A DNA stretch of 63,985 nt, filler included, from Perkinsus olseni (lineage: Eukaryota): the NCBI GenBank assembly GCA_013115125.1. It is 4 parts of 4 records of this genome, joined end to end, with 100 filler letters (N's around TTAATTAATTAA, not from the genome) between each part and the next. Parts side by side here need not be neighbours in the genome. Positions count along the whole stretch, not along the records: positions 1 to 16,500 come from JABANN010000676.1; positions 16,601 to 33,077 come from JABANN010000677.1; 2 more parts are not named here. The stretch is one strand, 5' to 3'. This document shows, in pieces, positions 13,122-26,700 of the stretch. The notes under the pieces were generated by a model. The model was not told where the DNA came from and did not search any database. It saw nothing but the letters and a program-made list of their open reading frames with translations. The translations under genes were made by a program, and so were the position numbers. Each line of letters begins with the position of its first letter. Positions within the stretch are counted from its first letter, which is position 1.

Positions 13122-13375
13122 ATTGTTGTGCTGAATGTTAGGCTTGAGTAATCTGTCACTGGATTGTCCACAGGGAATTGAGATGACCTGAGATCGACAT
13201 AAGTCTTTCTTTGTGGCTCGGATTACATACGTCACGCGGCGGCCATAAGCATAGCAGACTCCTCGAGATACGAAACCCCTTCACGCTCAGAAAACGTCGC
13301 ATGAAACGGACCTTTAGGGTTACGAATGGTTAGCCCTCACTCTCATCCGGGCCCGGCAAAACAGAGCGATTTCCG
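13122..13375 (+). repeat. 254-bp direct repeat, copy 2
   Basis: Identical to 4683-4936; lies ~365 bp upstream of the metallophosphoesterase ATG. Confidence 0.95.
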
Positions 13376-13740
13376 TCGCTAAATTGAAGCGCATCGTGCT
13401 GCCAGGATCTTGATCGGAAGCTCGACAGTATCGAGCTTCTAGCGCGAAAGGTGTCGTGAAGCCCCGCTTGGTATATCGCATGAAGAATACCACGGACGAA
13501 CCGTCAGCCCCGCTACATCCGGATCTCTGCTGTGCCTTCCCTCATCCGATCGCACGCTGTCCGATGGATGTGTCCTGCAAGAGGCTCCACTTCGTTGTAG
13601 ATAGTCGAAGCATTCCTTCACCGAACGCCACGCTGAATGAACTTTCCAGTGTAGTGAGGATCTTTCTCTTGCCGATGGTGTATGAGTGCTAGTCTAGACT
13701 CTAGAGGCGCCATATTCAGAGAGTGCAGGATCTCGGTGTA

Positions 13741-16303
13741 ATGGGCCTGCACGCCGTCCACTGGTCCCTTTTCGCCGTAACAGTCCTCGTCGTCGGAGCT
13801 GAGGGAAGACCTCGGATGCATTTCAACGACAACACGGGCGAACTTAAGATACTCGTGTTCAGCGATCTGCACTACGGCGAGGGGGAGGACAAGGACCGTC
13901 GATCGGACGTAGGCAAGGCTTACTCCTCCGCTGCAATCGTATACGTCACCGTTAAAAAGGCCTCCTTCCGCGGGATCCCCGACCTGCTGTTTGGCGGGTT
14001 TCACTGGCGGGTTTTTGGGTTTTCACTCACTTCCGATGCCGCTATCTTCGCTCTCGCGCTAAGCAATGATACGGATGAGGGAGGCAAGTGTCCGCGTCCC
14101 AGTAGTTAGGGTGGATAATTCTCGTTGAGTGTGTTTTGCTTCGCATTCTTTCAGACATTCCAAAGAAAAATGTTGGAAGCCGAGAAGCCGGACATGGTGA
14201 GTCGCCGTAGCAGAGGAAAATCCAATGGCATGTTTCATGGCTCATCTTCACTTCAATTGCGCCTTCATGTCGTAGGTCGTCTTCAATGGTGACGCCTACT
14301 CTGATTACAGTGCTCCTGAGAGCTGTAAGGGCAGTGAAGATTGTACGGAATGGTTCAAAACACAATGGGGTCGCTTCACTTCCGCAGTCAGGCAGCTGCA
14401 GGTGATTCATGACTCATCAAAATCGACTACCGCCCAACCCGGAGTTGGCAACTCCTTTGCGTTAGAGGGCTTGGTGTAGCTTGCGATTCTCGCCTAGGGA
14501 GACTCCTTCTCTCGGGCTGAGCGTCAGTCTGACTTCGGCAGATACCGTATGCCTTCACACTGGGCAACCATGACCATCTCCCTGCCGGAGTTAAACCCGA
14601 TGGGAAGTCCGTCATAACTTATGATAGTACACACAGCGAGTGGAGCCTCTCGAGGGAAGGTATCATCAGAGCCACAGACCACCCGAACCACCCTCTGATG
14701 TTAGCCCCTCCCGGAGTCAGTGGCGGGTCTGTCTACTACGTGCCCGTGTATGAGAACTCTACGGCGAAGGGGCGACCGACTGGTGTGTTGTGGATGTTGG
14801 ACTCCGGTAAAGAGAACTGCATGGGACTCAAAGGCTGGGGGTGCGCCACGCAGGACCAGATAGAATGGTGAGCCTTTACACCTGGGCCTTCGGCGCGTTC
14901 GCAGTTTTCGACTGAGAAGACTTCGTTACCTTGCGGAGAGAACGCGAGGAGGGTCGATATGTATGTGCAGGTGTTTGGAACCTCCAGAAAACTCTTTCGC
15001 GTATCCTATCGCCCCCACCGGTGCTCTCTGAGCCATCGTCTCGTGCGGCCTAACTCGCACAGGTTCAAATCCCAGGCAGACTCTGATGAGCTCAAAGGAG
15101 TTCAAGGCATTGTATTCGTGCATATACCATTGCAAGAGGTAGCGTACCAGCCGCGGTCGTCGTTAGTCGTTGTTCTGGGTGGCGTGATGCAAAGGAAGCA
15201 ACCTGCTCGATGAGCGCCCCTCATTGCTGTTCACGGTGGCCTGTCGTTCCGGATGTACCAGGAGCTCCGTTGCAATCAGCATCTCGATGTTTGAGCCGGC
15301 TAAAGATCAGTCCAGCGAAGACGTTTCCCTCACGGGGGCTGCTTCAGATCCTTCTCTACTGGAATGCGTATGGAGGAGACCCGAGTCTTGTGACTGGTTT
15401 GAAGACGGAGGACGTCTGTTGCAGTAGCGTGAACACTGGTGAGAGGCCGTCGAATGCGGGTCGCTGAGGCGCATCAGCAGTTGTCTTTTCCCGATGTTTT
15501 GCAGTGTTTGCTCTACTCTGTGCGGATTTGGCGTCGTTGCTTCCCGTCAGCTCAGCGAGTTGTCCTCTGCAGGCCTTTTTGCGGCGGCCTTCGACCATAA
15601 TGTAAGTGGAATCTTCCACGGCCATGACCACAATAACGACTTCCTCGCTCGAGTAGAGTCAAACTCTCGGACGATACACGTCGGGTATGGCAGGAAGAGT
15701 GGCTACGGCGGCTACGGTGGAGGTGAGCACGTCAAGGGTCGTCTGCTATAGTGACGCTGAAGCAGGCTGTTTCAGCGTTAGGCGTTGCACTGAAGCCTTG
15801 CACTGCAAGTGCACAGACATTTGCCGCAGACGATCTGCGACAGACGCCTTTATACTCAAGTCGTCGAGAGAGAGACGTGCAGAGTTCTGTAGATTTAACA
15901 GAGAGACTTCAATAGCCCGCTCCTCGCGTAGAATCTGCTTCCACAGCTGAGAGCTTTGAAGGCTCCCCCACGCTGTGCTGGGCATCAGAGCGTGGTCTAT
16001 CATACACCGTGTATGTTGATGTGTCGCCTTATGATGTGATCAGTCCTTGCCGACGTGCCTGGCGCCACCGTCATTGTTATGAAACTTAGCGAAGACCGAC
16101 AGAGTTACTCGTGGAGTAGTTACATGCGACTGGAGAGGACGTCGGTCATGCGAAACGTGGCCAGGCAGATTGAGGTGAGTTGAAATCTTCGCTGTGCGGG
16201 CGTATCTCGGCCCGATGCGCGCAGACCACGTGGGTTCCTGTTCTAGGCACGACGCGTGCATTCTCGCTCTGATGTCCAAGGGATCTGCGCCGGAATGACG
16301 TAA
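13741..16303 (+). CDS. Secreted calcineurin-like metallophosphoesterase (DCR2/PAP14-like), complete, ~10 exons
   Basis: Signal peptide MGLHAVHWSLFAVTVLVVGAEG; motifs FSDLHYGE, PDMVVFNGD, TLGNHD, MLDSG, FVHIPLQE, GIFHGHDHNNDF, YGRKSGYGGYG; last exon ..QGICAGMT* (TAA 16301-16303). Confidence 0.9.
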
Positions 16304-16500
16304 TCAAAGTGAATCTACCTCCACAGTCTTTCCTGCTTGCCCGACTCATACCTGCGATTATTCATGGTGACCTCAAGTTCAAGTTCGTGCTGCGGCCGAC
16401 AGTGCTCACCGTGCGCAGTTTCCTCTTTGTGAAACCTCTGAGTGTGGGGAGGGGGAGTGGGGCGTGCGAGCACCGGAACCTGAGGCAAGCGCAGTTCCGT

Positions 16501-16600
16501 NNNNNNNNNNNNNNNNNNNNNNNNNNNNNNNNNNNNNNNNNNNNTTAATTAATTAANNNNNNNNNNNNNNNNNNNNNNNNNNNNNNNNNNNNNNNNNNNN
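16501..16600. other. Assembly gap with TTAATTAATTAA six-frame-stop linker
   Basis: N-run / TTAATTAATTAA / N-run, 100 nt in total, repeated three times in the window. Confidence 0.97.
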
Positions 16601-16902
16601 CCCTTTGTGTCGAATGTCCCCACACGGCCGGCTTCACCGACGGTATGTGACTTCGTCCATACCTCCAGATGACTTGGGAATAGTGGGCGATGAGGTAGGG
16701 AAAAGGCGTAACTTGGTGAACTCGACTACACTAGAACTTGTAAACAACCAGTTTAACATGGGGAACAGCTGAGGCCTCAGCCTGAGGGGTTACACACATC
16801 TTTCGGAGTTCCTTTATACTCTTCGCTCGCATGTGTAACACACGTAGAAAGAAGGACATAAATGGGGGTTATAATTTTCGTCGGTACTCGGGGCCTGGGT
16901 CC

Positions 16903-19180
16903 TTAGAGCAGAGAGCCTTGTTCCAGATCTCCCTTCTTGCTACCTCCTCTCCTTCTGTCGGAGCCCGTTGATGCCAGTGGCGTTCGGCAAAGCATTTGTA
17001 TGAAAAGAGCGTTGGCATTCACCTCCTTGGGCCACTTAGCCTCCCTCTCGAGCTTATCCACCTCGCTGTCGGTCGGGTAAGGCAGTCCGGCATAGACCCA
17101 TTTGACCGCATACACCACTCTATCCATATCCGGCTCGGCGTCTCCGGTGAAAACGACTTCCATTGCATCAACCTCCTTCAACAGAGCAAAGCCTTCCGTG
17201 CCGGTAGGGACCTGATATCGGCCTATAACGGCGAGTTGACAGCAGCAGGAGGAACAGTACGTATCATCCTCGAACTTCCTCACTGGGGGCCTTCCAGGGC
17301 AGTAGAGTGTCTTAAGTCTCAGACGTTTGTCCCTTATAGCGAATTTCGCGTAATAACCCTCATGCGGGACTTGGTACTTCTCTGGTACCTCCGGGCCCTT
17401 CTTGTAAAATACCTGGGACACTCCACAGCTGTTGCCGGTAAACAGGAGGACACACTAGGAAGGGGGCGTTAATGACAGACCATTTTCCTCTAATAGGTGA
17501 GGGGACTCTTAGACGGAAGGTATCAGGAAGGCACGCTCGCTTTATCCCTCTCTCGACAACTCACGCCCAGACTACCGTAAGATTGCGGACTTCCACAGCT
17601 CCTGACAGATGCGGTAAACTGGGCGAACGTCTTGAGATACCCTGAGTTCAGCATCTCATATTTTCCGTTTCTACTCACGCGACGGCGGCTCCTACGACAA
17701 TCACAGCTCGTTTCGGAGGCTGCCCGCTTCCTCCTTCATACAAGTTCAACTTCATGAATGGCACCCCCTGAATAACAACCATACGCGTATTAGGGAAGGG
17801 CAGCTTCTTCTTCACCCTCAAGAGATAGTAATCTGGGTCATTTTTAATATCATTCTCCACCATCGTACACAGAGCCTTGGCAATGTGTTGAAGAAGCGCG
17901 GCAGCGTCCTCTGGTGGAGCCTTTCTCCCGTCTCCGGCCATGCTGCTGTAGAGAAATCTCAGAGAGTCGGCCAAGCGGCCCGTTTGTTTGACCCTGAAGG
18001 CTTGCTCCCTTATGCGTATATGCTCATGGTCTTCGAATGTCAACGCGAAATTGCTGAGCGGAGAAATGCTGCTTCCATGCTCGTCAAGATTAAGTGATGT
18101 GAACTCACTGGAGGCCTTGGGGGAAGATGTAACCGATGGCGGAGGCCTCTTGATTCTCGTCCGAGGGACACTTCAACTCCTCAACCGATAGATCCTTTCC
18201 AGCTTGGGGTTCGGAGAAGCGTACCATGTAACCCCCTCCCTCATACAGCTGTGGCGGCTCGTTCTGCAACAGAGATGACTCGATAGACAACGGCCGTCCA
18301 CAGAGCGAAAACGATGATGAGAGAAAATGCACGGAAACGGCCTAGAAGGGCGTCAATGGAACCGCTCAGAGCGAGAAGCGAGCTCCTCTATTAAACCCAC
18401 CTTGAAATCTTTTGCACGCGACGACGACGAAGGAAATGCCAGGTGGCGGCTCTGAAAAGATCGAGGTTGGAGGCAAGATATTTCTGTGAGGAAATACCCG
18501 CTGGATATCGAGTTTCCCCGGTAAAAGTGTTGAATGATGGGCTTGGTTCAGATCTTGACTCGGATGAAGCTGCTTCTGAAACGGGAACACGTTGAGATGA
18601 AGAGGTTGAGCCCCGGCTGGTAGTTGGCGTCCTGTTGTTGCTGATTCGTTTCGAATCCTCTTGAGTGCAGCTGAGTCGACAGAACTTTTCCCGCGAGTGG
18701 ATCGAGCTGCAGTTTCCTAGTGCACGAAAGTGACCTCTACCTCGGTCGTGCTCAGTCCGTTGAAGACCGTTCACACAGCTGACTATCATGGACTAAGCTC
18801 CGTCAGCATGAATGATAAACAAGTCAAAAAGTTCTGACCCCGTCTCAGGAGGGTGTCTAGTTCACAATGCCTCCTTGCCTTCTACAAGGCTAATCTTCGA
18901 TTTAAACCGTCATAAATCGTCTATCTCCTAGTGGCGAAGAGCCTCACCGGGTGAAGATCGCCGGGTTCATCGAAAGACATCAGATCTGCCGGTTTCGTAT
19001 GATCGTCGTCATCTCCCTAAAAGGCAACCAATCTGTGCTGACCGAACGACGCCCAAAGAGACCCCAAGCGACATCGACTGGATGAGGCGGAGGATCCACC
19101 CGACTCACGCCTCTCATCTCCAGACAGCTACATCTAGCCATCAGAATGAAGGTTGTGATGGTCGGCAATTGGAACAACAT
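16903..19180 (-). CDS. Hypothetical multi-exon protein, possible signal peptide
   Basis: Chain of co-oriented ORFs (18980-19180, 18366-18590, 18105-18332, 17675-18043, 16903-17421) bounded by splice-like GT/AG; hydrophobic N-terminus MLFQLPTITTFILMARCSC. No family recognised. Confidence 0.45.
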
Positions 19181-20195
19181 TCCGAGTGGAGAGAAGCAGC
19201 AGCAATAACTGACTTCACAATGCTCAAACCTGCCCTACCGTAGATCTCACGCTGACCGAAGAGACGGGGACACGTGCACTGGTAATTTACCAGTGGTAAA
19301 TATGAATCCCTCCCAGAAATTCTTTTGCTTCCGACTCAAGCTTCTCGCCATAGGAAATGATGTTGTTTTCCGAGTTTCAGCGGAGAGGCGCAACTGTGGA
19401 GTCCTTAATAGAGGTGCTATAACTCAGGAGTTTCTCCATAAGGGATACCTTCAAGGAAGGAGGCCCTACCGTCCTCCCGTAGGGACCAATTCCTAAGTTC
19501 TAGGCCTAGAGTATGGAAAATATCGTTGCCCGAACCACAGTGTGTTGCATGTAGAATGCACATACTGGGCGAAGTAAAGGAGCTATACTTCGGGACAACC
19601 TATTTCCATCGCCGGGACAGCAGCTGGAAACGTCGAAAACTGCCTGCTGGGTCTAGCGAGACGTCCCCAGTGGATGGATCGCGAGTCGTGGCGCTCTTCA
19701 TCACTCGCTGCTAAGCCCGGTTCAGTTGTTGAGCTTTTTTCTCAAGCGTACGCCGATGGTGAAGCTAATGCCGGCATTTTTTACGTGTTGAACCGCGTAT
19801 GGTATACTCGTACAGCGCGATGCACAGTTTCCATGGATAGCAAAAATGATCATGGCCATGCTTCGCTCCGCTGTATGCACTCTGAGTCTCATCTCCGGCA
19901 CCGTGACAACCGAGGAGGGAATACTCGAAACGTTCATGCGAAATGAATGTGAGAAGGCTGGGATGTGATCACTCCCATCGGTTTACTGCCTCCCTATCCC
20001 ACTGCTTGTGAGTTTATAGTCCGACGCCGGTTCCGGCTTAGTTAGACTATTGCCAATGCGCTCGGTTGGGGACTCTCTGTGGCGTTGATATGCCGTGAAA
20101 TCAGACGGTTCGTCACGACCCCAGTGAAGTGATGTGCGGAGCGAAGCAATCGCTTATCGTCGATAAGCTTATCACCGTGACGGAACTTAGATACA

Positions 20196-21749
20196 GAAGT
20201 ACCTTCTGGAGTCAAGTCCATCGTTGTTGACGTTGGCGCCTTCAACAAGACTGAGTTCTGGGAGAGGCTGCTGCTTGGCGATGTGCTCGTGCTGGGGTTC
20301 GAACCCATGCCCTCGAAGTTTGCCCAGCACGCTCGACACCCCAACCTCATCCTTCTACCGGCCGCTGTTGGGACAGTAGAGACAGTGACTGGGGGCATGA
20401 CAGTGACTCCACCCTGAAGCGTCCACATGACAGGTCCCAGGGGTTAGGAGCATTTACATCCCGGAATATGAGGAGTGTGCCACGATGCTCCCCGGCATCC
20501 CTGATGCTGCCGTCTTCAGTGATCAACATCAAGATTTCATCCGGGAATGCTCAGGTGTGTTGTAGAGACCTCTATAGCTACGCATTTGTGTGATACCACT
20601 CGTTTCTCAACTCGTCGGCGCGAAGGCATTTTCTACGCGCTCTGAACAGTGTCCAATCCCCACACAACACGTAGCTCCGTAGCTCTGGTGAGCGACAGAT
20701 TCCCCGACGATCTCTGCCCCCGTGGCTCACTACTATGCGACGATTGTATCATTCAGTGCACGCCTCACAGGTGGAGCTCGACTTGAACTACGAGTGCCCG
20801 TTGTGAGACTCGAGGATGCACTCCAGAAGCTGCTGCCGGAAGGCATACCGATCGACCTTCTCAAAGTGGATGCTCAAGGTGTTTATGAATGCGTCATGGC
20901 TATGCTTCCCGCGACTCGTCTTTACAGGCATGGACCTTGACGTGGTTTTGTCTGCTGGGAGTTTCTTGAACAGCTCTGTCATAAAGCGCCTCAAACTAGA
21001 GGTAAAGCTGCCGTCTGAATGCGCTACAATCAGACCAACTCACGCGTGTTGCCTCGATGGCGAGGCCCCGTCTCACGGAATGCGAAGAGGCATCAGGGCA
21101 TCTACGCGCAGCTTCACCGCGTCACGTCGGGACTGATGGCCCTAGAGTTGTACTGGCGAACAGGTCTGGAACGTGCCACCCAAGGATCGCGAACTCCTTC
21201 CGTATCCCGAAGCGCCGGTAAAAGCAGAGATCACAGCTGTGTTACAGTCCTACGGGTAAGCAGAAGCAGTCGACAATCTCATCGCTCATCAGGCCCGCAA
21301 ATCAGTTTCTCGATCGAGCGTTGCTGGATGCAAGGCATGCTCCAGGCTGCGGACGGCCGAGCAGCCCCGGAAGAGGACTGCTTCTTCGTCAACGACAGAT
21401 TGGCTGAATCGATCGGAGTGAGCCCAGTCACGGTCGGCTGCGGTGCTTCCACTGCATGCAGGTTCAATCGTGGGCAAACTGTTTCGAAGACCGTGACGCA
21501 GTGTTCGAGCTCCATCACCTCATGTCCTCTATACAGTTTGGCGAGCACCCACGAGAGAACTTCAGGACGCTGAGCGAGTACGACCAGCTCTACACCCTCG
21601 ACGTTGTTGCGAAGCACTGTTGTGGCAATCCTGAGATCGCGGCGATGCAGCAACTATGCTGGGGAGCCGGAGTCCTTGGAATGAACGCTAGCTACGAAGC
21701 ATGCTGCATGGAACCTTTTCTGATGTCCATAGGCTATTCGCTGGCATAA
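20196..21749 (+). CDS. FkbM-family SAM-dependent methyltransferase (multi-exon; 5' end uncertain)
   Basis: Exons SIVVDVGAF..VLGFEPMP..LILLPAAVG, RVPVVRLED..IDLLKVDAQG and MDLDVVLSAG are FkbM motifs; Cys-rich C-terminal exon ends at 21749. Confidence 0.8.
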
Positions 21750-22269
21750 ATGCATGCTGTTGAGTTCATCCGAGGCCAGCGAAGTACTCGAACCAATACA
21801 ACAGCTGGAGCCGTTCATCGTTCGGGGCTACCGTTGCATCACGACAGTGAGCTACTCGCAGTCTGAGCATGCGTGCTGACTGTCGAAGTGAGCGCTTTAG
21901 TACCCCTGCTTCAAAGCGATAATTACAAACGGGATCCAGTGAAAGCCTGGAGCACCTGCTGTTTTCAGAGGCTTTGGCAACGGATACTCGCGCGTAGGAA
22001 TGATAATTCCACCTCTGTTGCAAGTTGCGTTGTTCAAGCATTAGACATCGCAGTTAGCGCTAGTTGTTCGGCGGTCACGGTGTCACCGCCAAGGCGAACG
22101 CGTGCGAGTTAGAGGCTCCACTCAACCATGTCTCACCTCAGCTGAGGCACAATGATAGGAATCCACTACGAGATTGCGGCCTACAGAGGCCTCTAGCGCA
22201 GGTTTCTGAACTTTCTAGTGACCCCAGCCACGGGTCTTCCCCGTAGGCTTACTTGAAGTCATTCGAAAT

Positions 22270-23781
22270 ATGCCATACAGTAGGCCGTTCTCGTGGACGG
22301 ATCGCAACGGTAACATTTACCACTACTTTGAGAACCCCATGTGGATGGCAAGTGTATTCATCCTCATGCAAGAACTCTGTGAGAGGCTGGCCTTCTTTGG
22401 ACTGCATCCTAACCTTCAGTTCTTTCTCAAGGACTTCCTCCAGTACGACGATGTACAGGCTGACTCTTACATCTCCATCTTCAACGTCCTCCTGTACGTT
22501 AGCCCTCTGCTAGGCGGCATTCTGGCCGACACACTCACAGGAGTCTATTACGCTATTCTAGGCTTCTCAGTGATCTACATGTTGGGCCTGGTTCTCCTCA
22601 CCCTGGCGTCTATTCCCTCCATCAGTGAGCCTTGGATGATCCACTTGTCTTTAATGGTGCTTATAGCGGTCGGTGCGGGTGGTATCAAGAGCTGTGTCAA
22701 CGTCATGGGTGCTCAGCAGATGCACCCTAGCGAACATAAGAAGCTCATAACAAGGTTCTTCACATACTTCTACGCTACGATCTGTCTCGGTGCCATCATT
22801 GGTGGGACCGTCACTCCCATTCTACTGCAGCAGGTAGGCTGGACGGCGAGCTTCGCCTTCCCGTTGGCTTTCTTTGTAGTCGCTACTGGAGTATTTGTCA
22901 TCGGCGATCTCATGAATCGCTACGTGAAGGTTAAACCTCAAGGATCGGCTGTGTTGCAAGTCATTAAAGTCGCCGTATTCTCACTTGCCCGATGCTCTCT
23001 AGAGAAGAATAAGGAAAGCAATGGGGGTAGATTCAAGGACGCTTACATTGAGGATACCCGAATCTTCTTTTATTTACTACCATTATTTGCTTTGATCGTC
23101 CCCTTTAATATGGCACATAATAATATGAGTACCACATTTTTAACACAAGCCTCCAAGATGGATCGTAGGACATTCGGTTGGACAATTCCCCCTGCTATGA
23201 TCCACAATGTGAACCCCGTCGCGATCATTGTAATCTCCATGCTGGTGGACCGCCTGCTGTATCCGTGGCTACGCAAGCGAGGGCTAATGCCACCCGTGTT
23301 GGTTCGCTTCTGTATCGGTTCACTCCTTGGCGTATTATCTCTGATTTGCGCTCTTATTGTAGAATATGTGATCATGAACCGTCCTTTATTCACTATTTCT
23401 ATCTGGTGGCAACTCCCTCAATTTCTCTTCATAGCCGCCGGTGAAACTATCCTCATACCTACAACCTACGAAGTCGCCTTCACTCATTCCCCATCAGGGC
23501 TCAAAACGGTAGCGTCTGCTGTTAACCTTTGCTTCTTCGCTATCGACAGTAGTCTATCGGCGGTACTCTTCAGAGCTGCCTCACCGTGGCTCCCCAACTT
23601 TGACCCCAAGAACCCTGAAGAGTCCGTCATTGGGGCGCATTACGACTTTTATTATTATGTCCTCATAGGCTTGTGCCTTTGTGATGCTGTTTGTTGTCTG
23701 TTTATGATGCCTTATTACCGCAAGGTTCATAGGGCTTCCATGGCCCGACAGGAAGTTGAGACAGGGAAGGAAGATCCGTGA
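22270..23781 (+). CDS. POT/PTR2-family proton-dependent oligopeptide transporter (intronless, 503 aa)
   Basis: ELCERLAFFG (ExxER motif), GGILADTLTG, GAGGIKSCV..GAQQ, FFTYFY, WQLPQF..GE; about 12 hydrophobic segments. Confidence 0.95.
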   Translation: MPYSRPFSWTDRNGNIYHYFENPMWMASVFILMQELCERLAFFGLHPNLQFFLKDFLQYDDVQADSYISIFNVLLYVSPLLGGILADTLTGVYYAILGFSVIYMLGLVLLTLASIPSISEPWMIHLSLMVLIAVGAGGIKSCVNVMGAQQMHPSEHKKLITRFFTYFYATICLGAIIGGTVTPILLQQVGWTASFAFPLAFFVVATGVFVIGDLMNRYVKVKPQGSAVLQVIKVAVFSLARCSLEKNKESNGGRFKDAYIEDTRIFFYLLPLFALIVPFNMAHNNMSTTFLTQASKMDRRTFGWTIPPAMIHNVNPVAIIVISMLVDRLLYPWLRKRGLMPPVLVRFCIGSLLGVLSLICALIVEYVIMNRPLFTISIWWQLPQFLFIAAGETILIPTTYEVAFTHSPSGLKTVASAVNLCFFAIDSSLSAVLFRAASPWLPNFDPKNPEESVIGAHYDFYYYVLIGLCLCDAVCCLFMMPYYRKVHRASMARQEVETGKEDP

Positions 23782-26700
23782 GACTATCGTCTATTTCAAA
23801 GTCAGTTATTAGTGTACGTATAAGTGAATAGAGTTCAGTTCGGGATTAGTTCTTGCGAGGAACTTCTTAAAGAACGTCACTACGGTTATACTTCGATCTT
23901 TCATCAAGCAGGTTGCTAAGAAGATTTTACAATGGTCATTTTCGGCGCTCGTACGGTGCTCAACGGTCCGCAGGGTGGACTCAGCGCGCCTGCGTAAAAG
24001 TCGTGGCGTGCTGCCCTCATTTCATTCCGTCAATTTATTTCCACCTTATTTCCCTATCAAGCAGAGTATGTCGTAGTTGAGGCGACGCCAGATGATGTCA
24101 CCCGGTTTGTCATCGTGCGGAAAGGTGTCGAGTTCGGCAGTTGAGGGAAGGGAAATGGAACCCAGCTGAACACCGATCTATCAGATTATTCTTGATGTAT
24201 TCCTTGTCTCAGTACGGCGTGTCGATGCTTGAAGCACCATGAGTCCGCAAACGTGAATCCCACGGTTGTCACAGTCCGCAGGAATCGTTTTTGAGTACTT
24301 AGTCGAGCACTGGTGGATGTGAGTTACGATCGCGTCCACGCAGAGAGGGGTTGCTCCTCCGTGATCAGCCGCACCGAACGAACGGTCATGGAAGGCGTTC
24401 AGTTTAGCAGGTACGGTGAACGCCTTCCGCTGCCAGCTACACCGTAGCTTCTCGTTCAATCGTATGTATGCCAGTTTAAAGTCTTAGGCCGTCTTAGACC
24501 TGATGCCGATGTGCTAGGAACTCAACAACAGCTCTGTCTCGCGTCGTTCAGTTGTATGCCCGAATGCTGCTACAACGGGCGGAAAGAATAGAGAACTCTT
24601 TCGACCTCGTTCGACCTATCGGGAGCACGAACCGCGAAGGATACATCGACTAACACAATCGTCACAGCTTAACGGCGAAACATGATGATTCCGAAACGAC
24701 ACGGCCTATCATGCAGGTGTCAGCTGATCTTTTTTTGTCTCCTTCCTGTCCATTTCAAGAAGGCGAAACGCTCGCCTGAATGCAGCACGCAAATATCGGT
24801 GACCTGCCTGTGATGAGAGAGTCTCATAATTGCAGACGAGACAACAGTCGAAAGCGCTACGAGTTTCTAACGAAGCGGTATGCATACTCGGCGGAGCTGT
24901 TCGGGAATGACTTATCGTGAGGAGACCTACCCTCATGTGAGAAGCTAAAGACTCTCATCCAATCCAGCCCGCTGAGGCTCTCAAACTTCCCGTCTTCCGA
25001 AACAACAACCATGACAGCTCGCCACTTGCCCCCGTTAGAAAGGACCATCCTTCCGAACTCTTGGTAAACCTAGTAACAAACTAGGTTGCTCGAAGGCCGA
25101 AGAATGTCCCGCTGAGGGGGGTGAACTCTCGGGGAGATTGATGTTCAAGGGGGGTACTTCGCCCCTACCTTTTCGGTTCTCGAGAGCCCCCGGGACATGC
25201 TTTGCTCATACGCATTCGAAGGGACCAGAGTACAGCGAAGTCTTTCACGGTCAATTCCATAGCTCGGAGTCCCTCACACCCACTCTATTTGTCTCTTCCT
25301 TCCTCCCCCCTCGGGGTATATGAGTAAGGATCATGCAATTATGGGGTGGGTCAAGGCCAGCGTCTTGCCACCCACGCCGCTGTATGAGCAGCTTTGGCAT
25401 AGGAATTGAATCGTCGTGGACTCTGCCTTCCCGCCGTGCTGGGGTCGGGGTATCCGCCAGAAATTCCGCGACGGTACCTACAGGCCACAGAGGGATGAGA
25501 CTGATAAGAATCAACAGCAACTCACCGTATTTGCTAGTCTGTGCAAGGGGTGCCTCAGTTTCCGCTACCACCCGACGCGGAAGTGCCGCCTTGAAAGCTC
25601 CCACATCTCGCAAAGCCTTCGCAATGATCTCGGAGTTTGTACTGGTACCAAGGATGGTGAGATTCGACATGAACTTGTGCCGAGTGACGTCGATGTCGTC
25701 GACCAATCTCGAGTATTCCATGTGGTCATGGGTGGGGTATCTTAAAGTATCCCTAGGACTCGCCCTGAGATGGACCTCTTACTGTGTGAATGGGTAGTCC
25801 ATCGCGGGGCTGCCGGGAGGAACTCCCATTATAATGGCTGCACCTTCCAGGCAAAAACTCGTAGAATGCAGAAATGGGTCCCAAAGGGTACCTAGACATG
25901 GGATGAGTTATCATTCGTAGAACCGGGGAAGAGTGTTGGAGCGCGCGAAACTCACACTCTTCTCCTTCCTCCAGTAACTGCATGAGGGGGCTCTCCTGGA
26001 GGCAGGCAGCGGCGGCGTGGGGAGGCACCACACCACGAGCAGCCTCGTTTGGCAAGTACGCACGGATTGGACTTCCAGAGGCTTCCGCGCACATCTGCAA
26101 GCAGAACGCTTCGCGGAGACGGCCACTCGGAAACAAGGTACGGATCCCAATTCCTAGCAATCCGCGCTTGGCTGGAGCAGTAGTGAGCCGGGAACGAGGT
26201 AACGCCTTCACTGAAGGCCTTTAAGTATCATGCAGATAGCATGTAGCCGACTCACGATACTTGCGACAAATGCCGTTACCTCGAAAGAGTTGTCCACGAC
26301 ATTGACGAGGATTCTGGGCGCGTAGAGGCCGCTGGGGTCCACGCCGCTAGAGCCGATCTCTGCTTCAGTGGCGTCATCGAAGTTCCTGGAGTTGCGAGAT
26401 GCTGTAATGAATTCACGCTTGTTAACGAGCTCCTCCTCAACCTAACAAGGGGCACAACGATGATTGTCAGACTGGCAATGCCAGTTGGTCGCGCGTTCGT
26501 GACGGACCGGCGACTGTTCACGACGTGAACTTTACATTATGTGAATCACATAACTGACCAGGGTCGATCCGCCATCCCTTCAGGTACCGTTTGATTTTGC
26601 GCATCGAGTCGATGCCATCGACATTTCGATTATGATTATCGGGGAGTAATTCACCTGATACTCGCATCTCCAATTGTGTGACTATGACACCCTTCAGCTC

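Noticed and set aside
4683-13375. 254-bp direct repeats as LTRs of a retrotransposon
   Set aside because: No TG..CA termini, PBS, PPT or gag/pol; the interior encodes a DDE MULE transposase and has its own inverted termini.
16545-16556. TTAATTAATTAA palindrome recurring three times
   Set aside because: Always centred in a 100-nt N block, so it is an artificial contig linker; adjacency across these gaps is not trusted.
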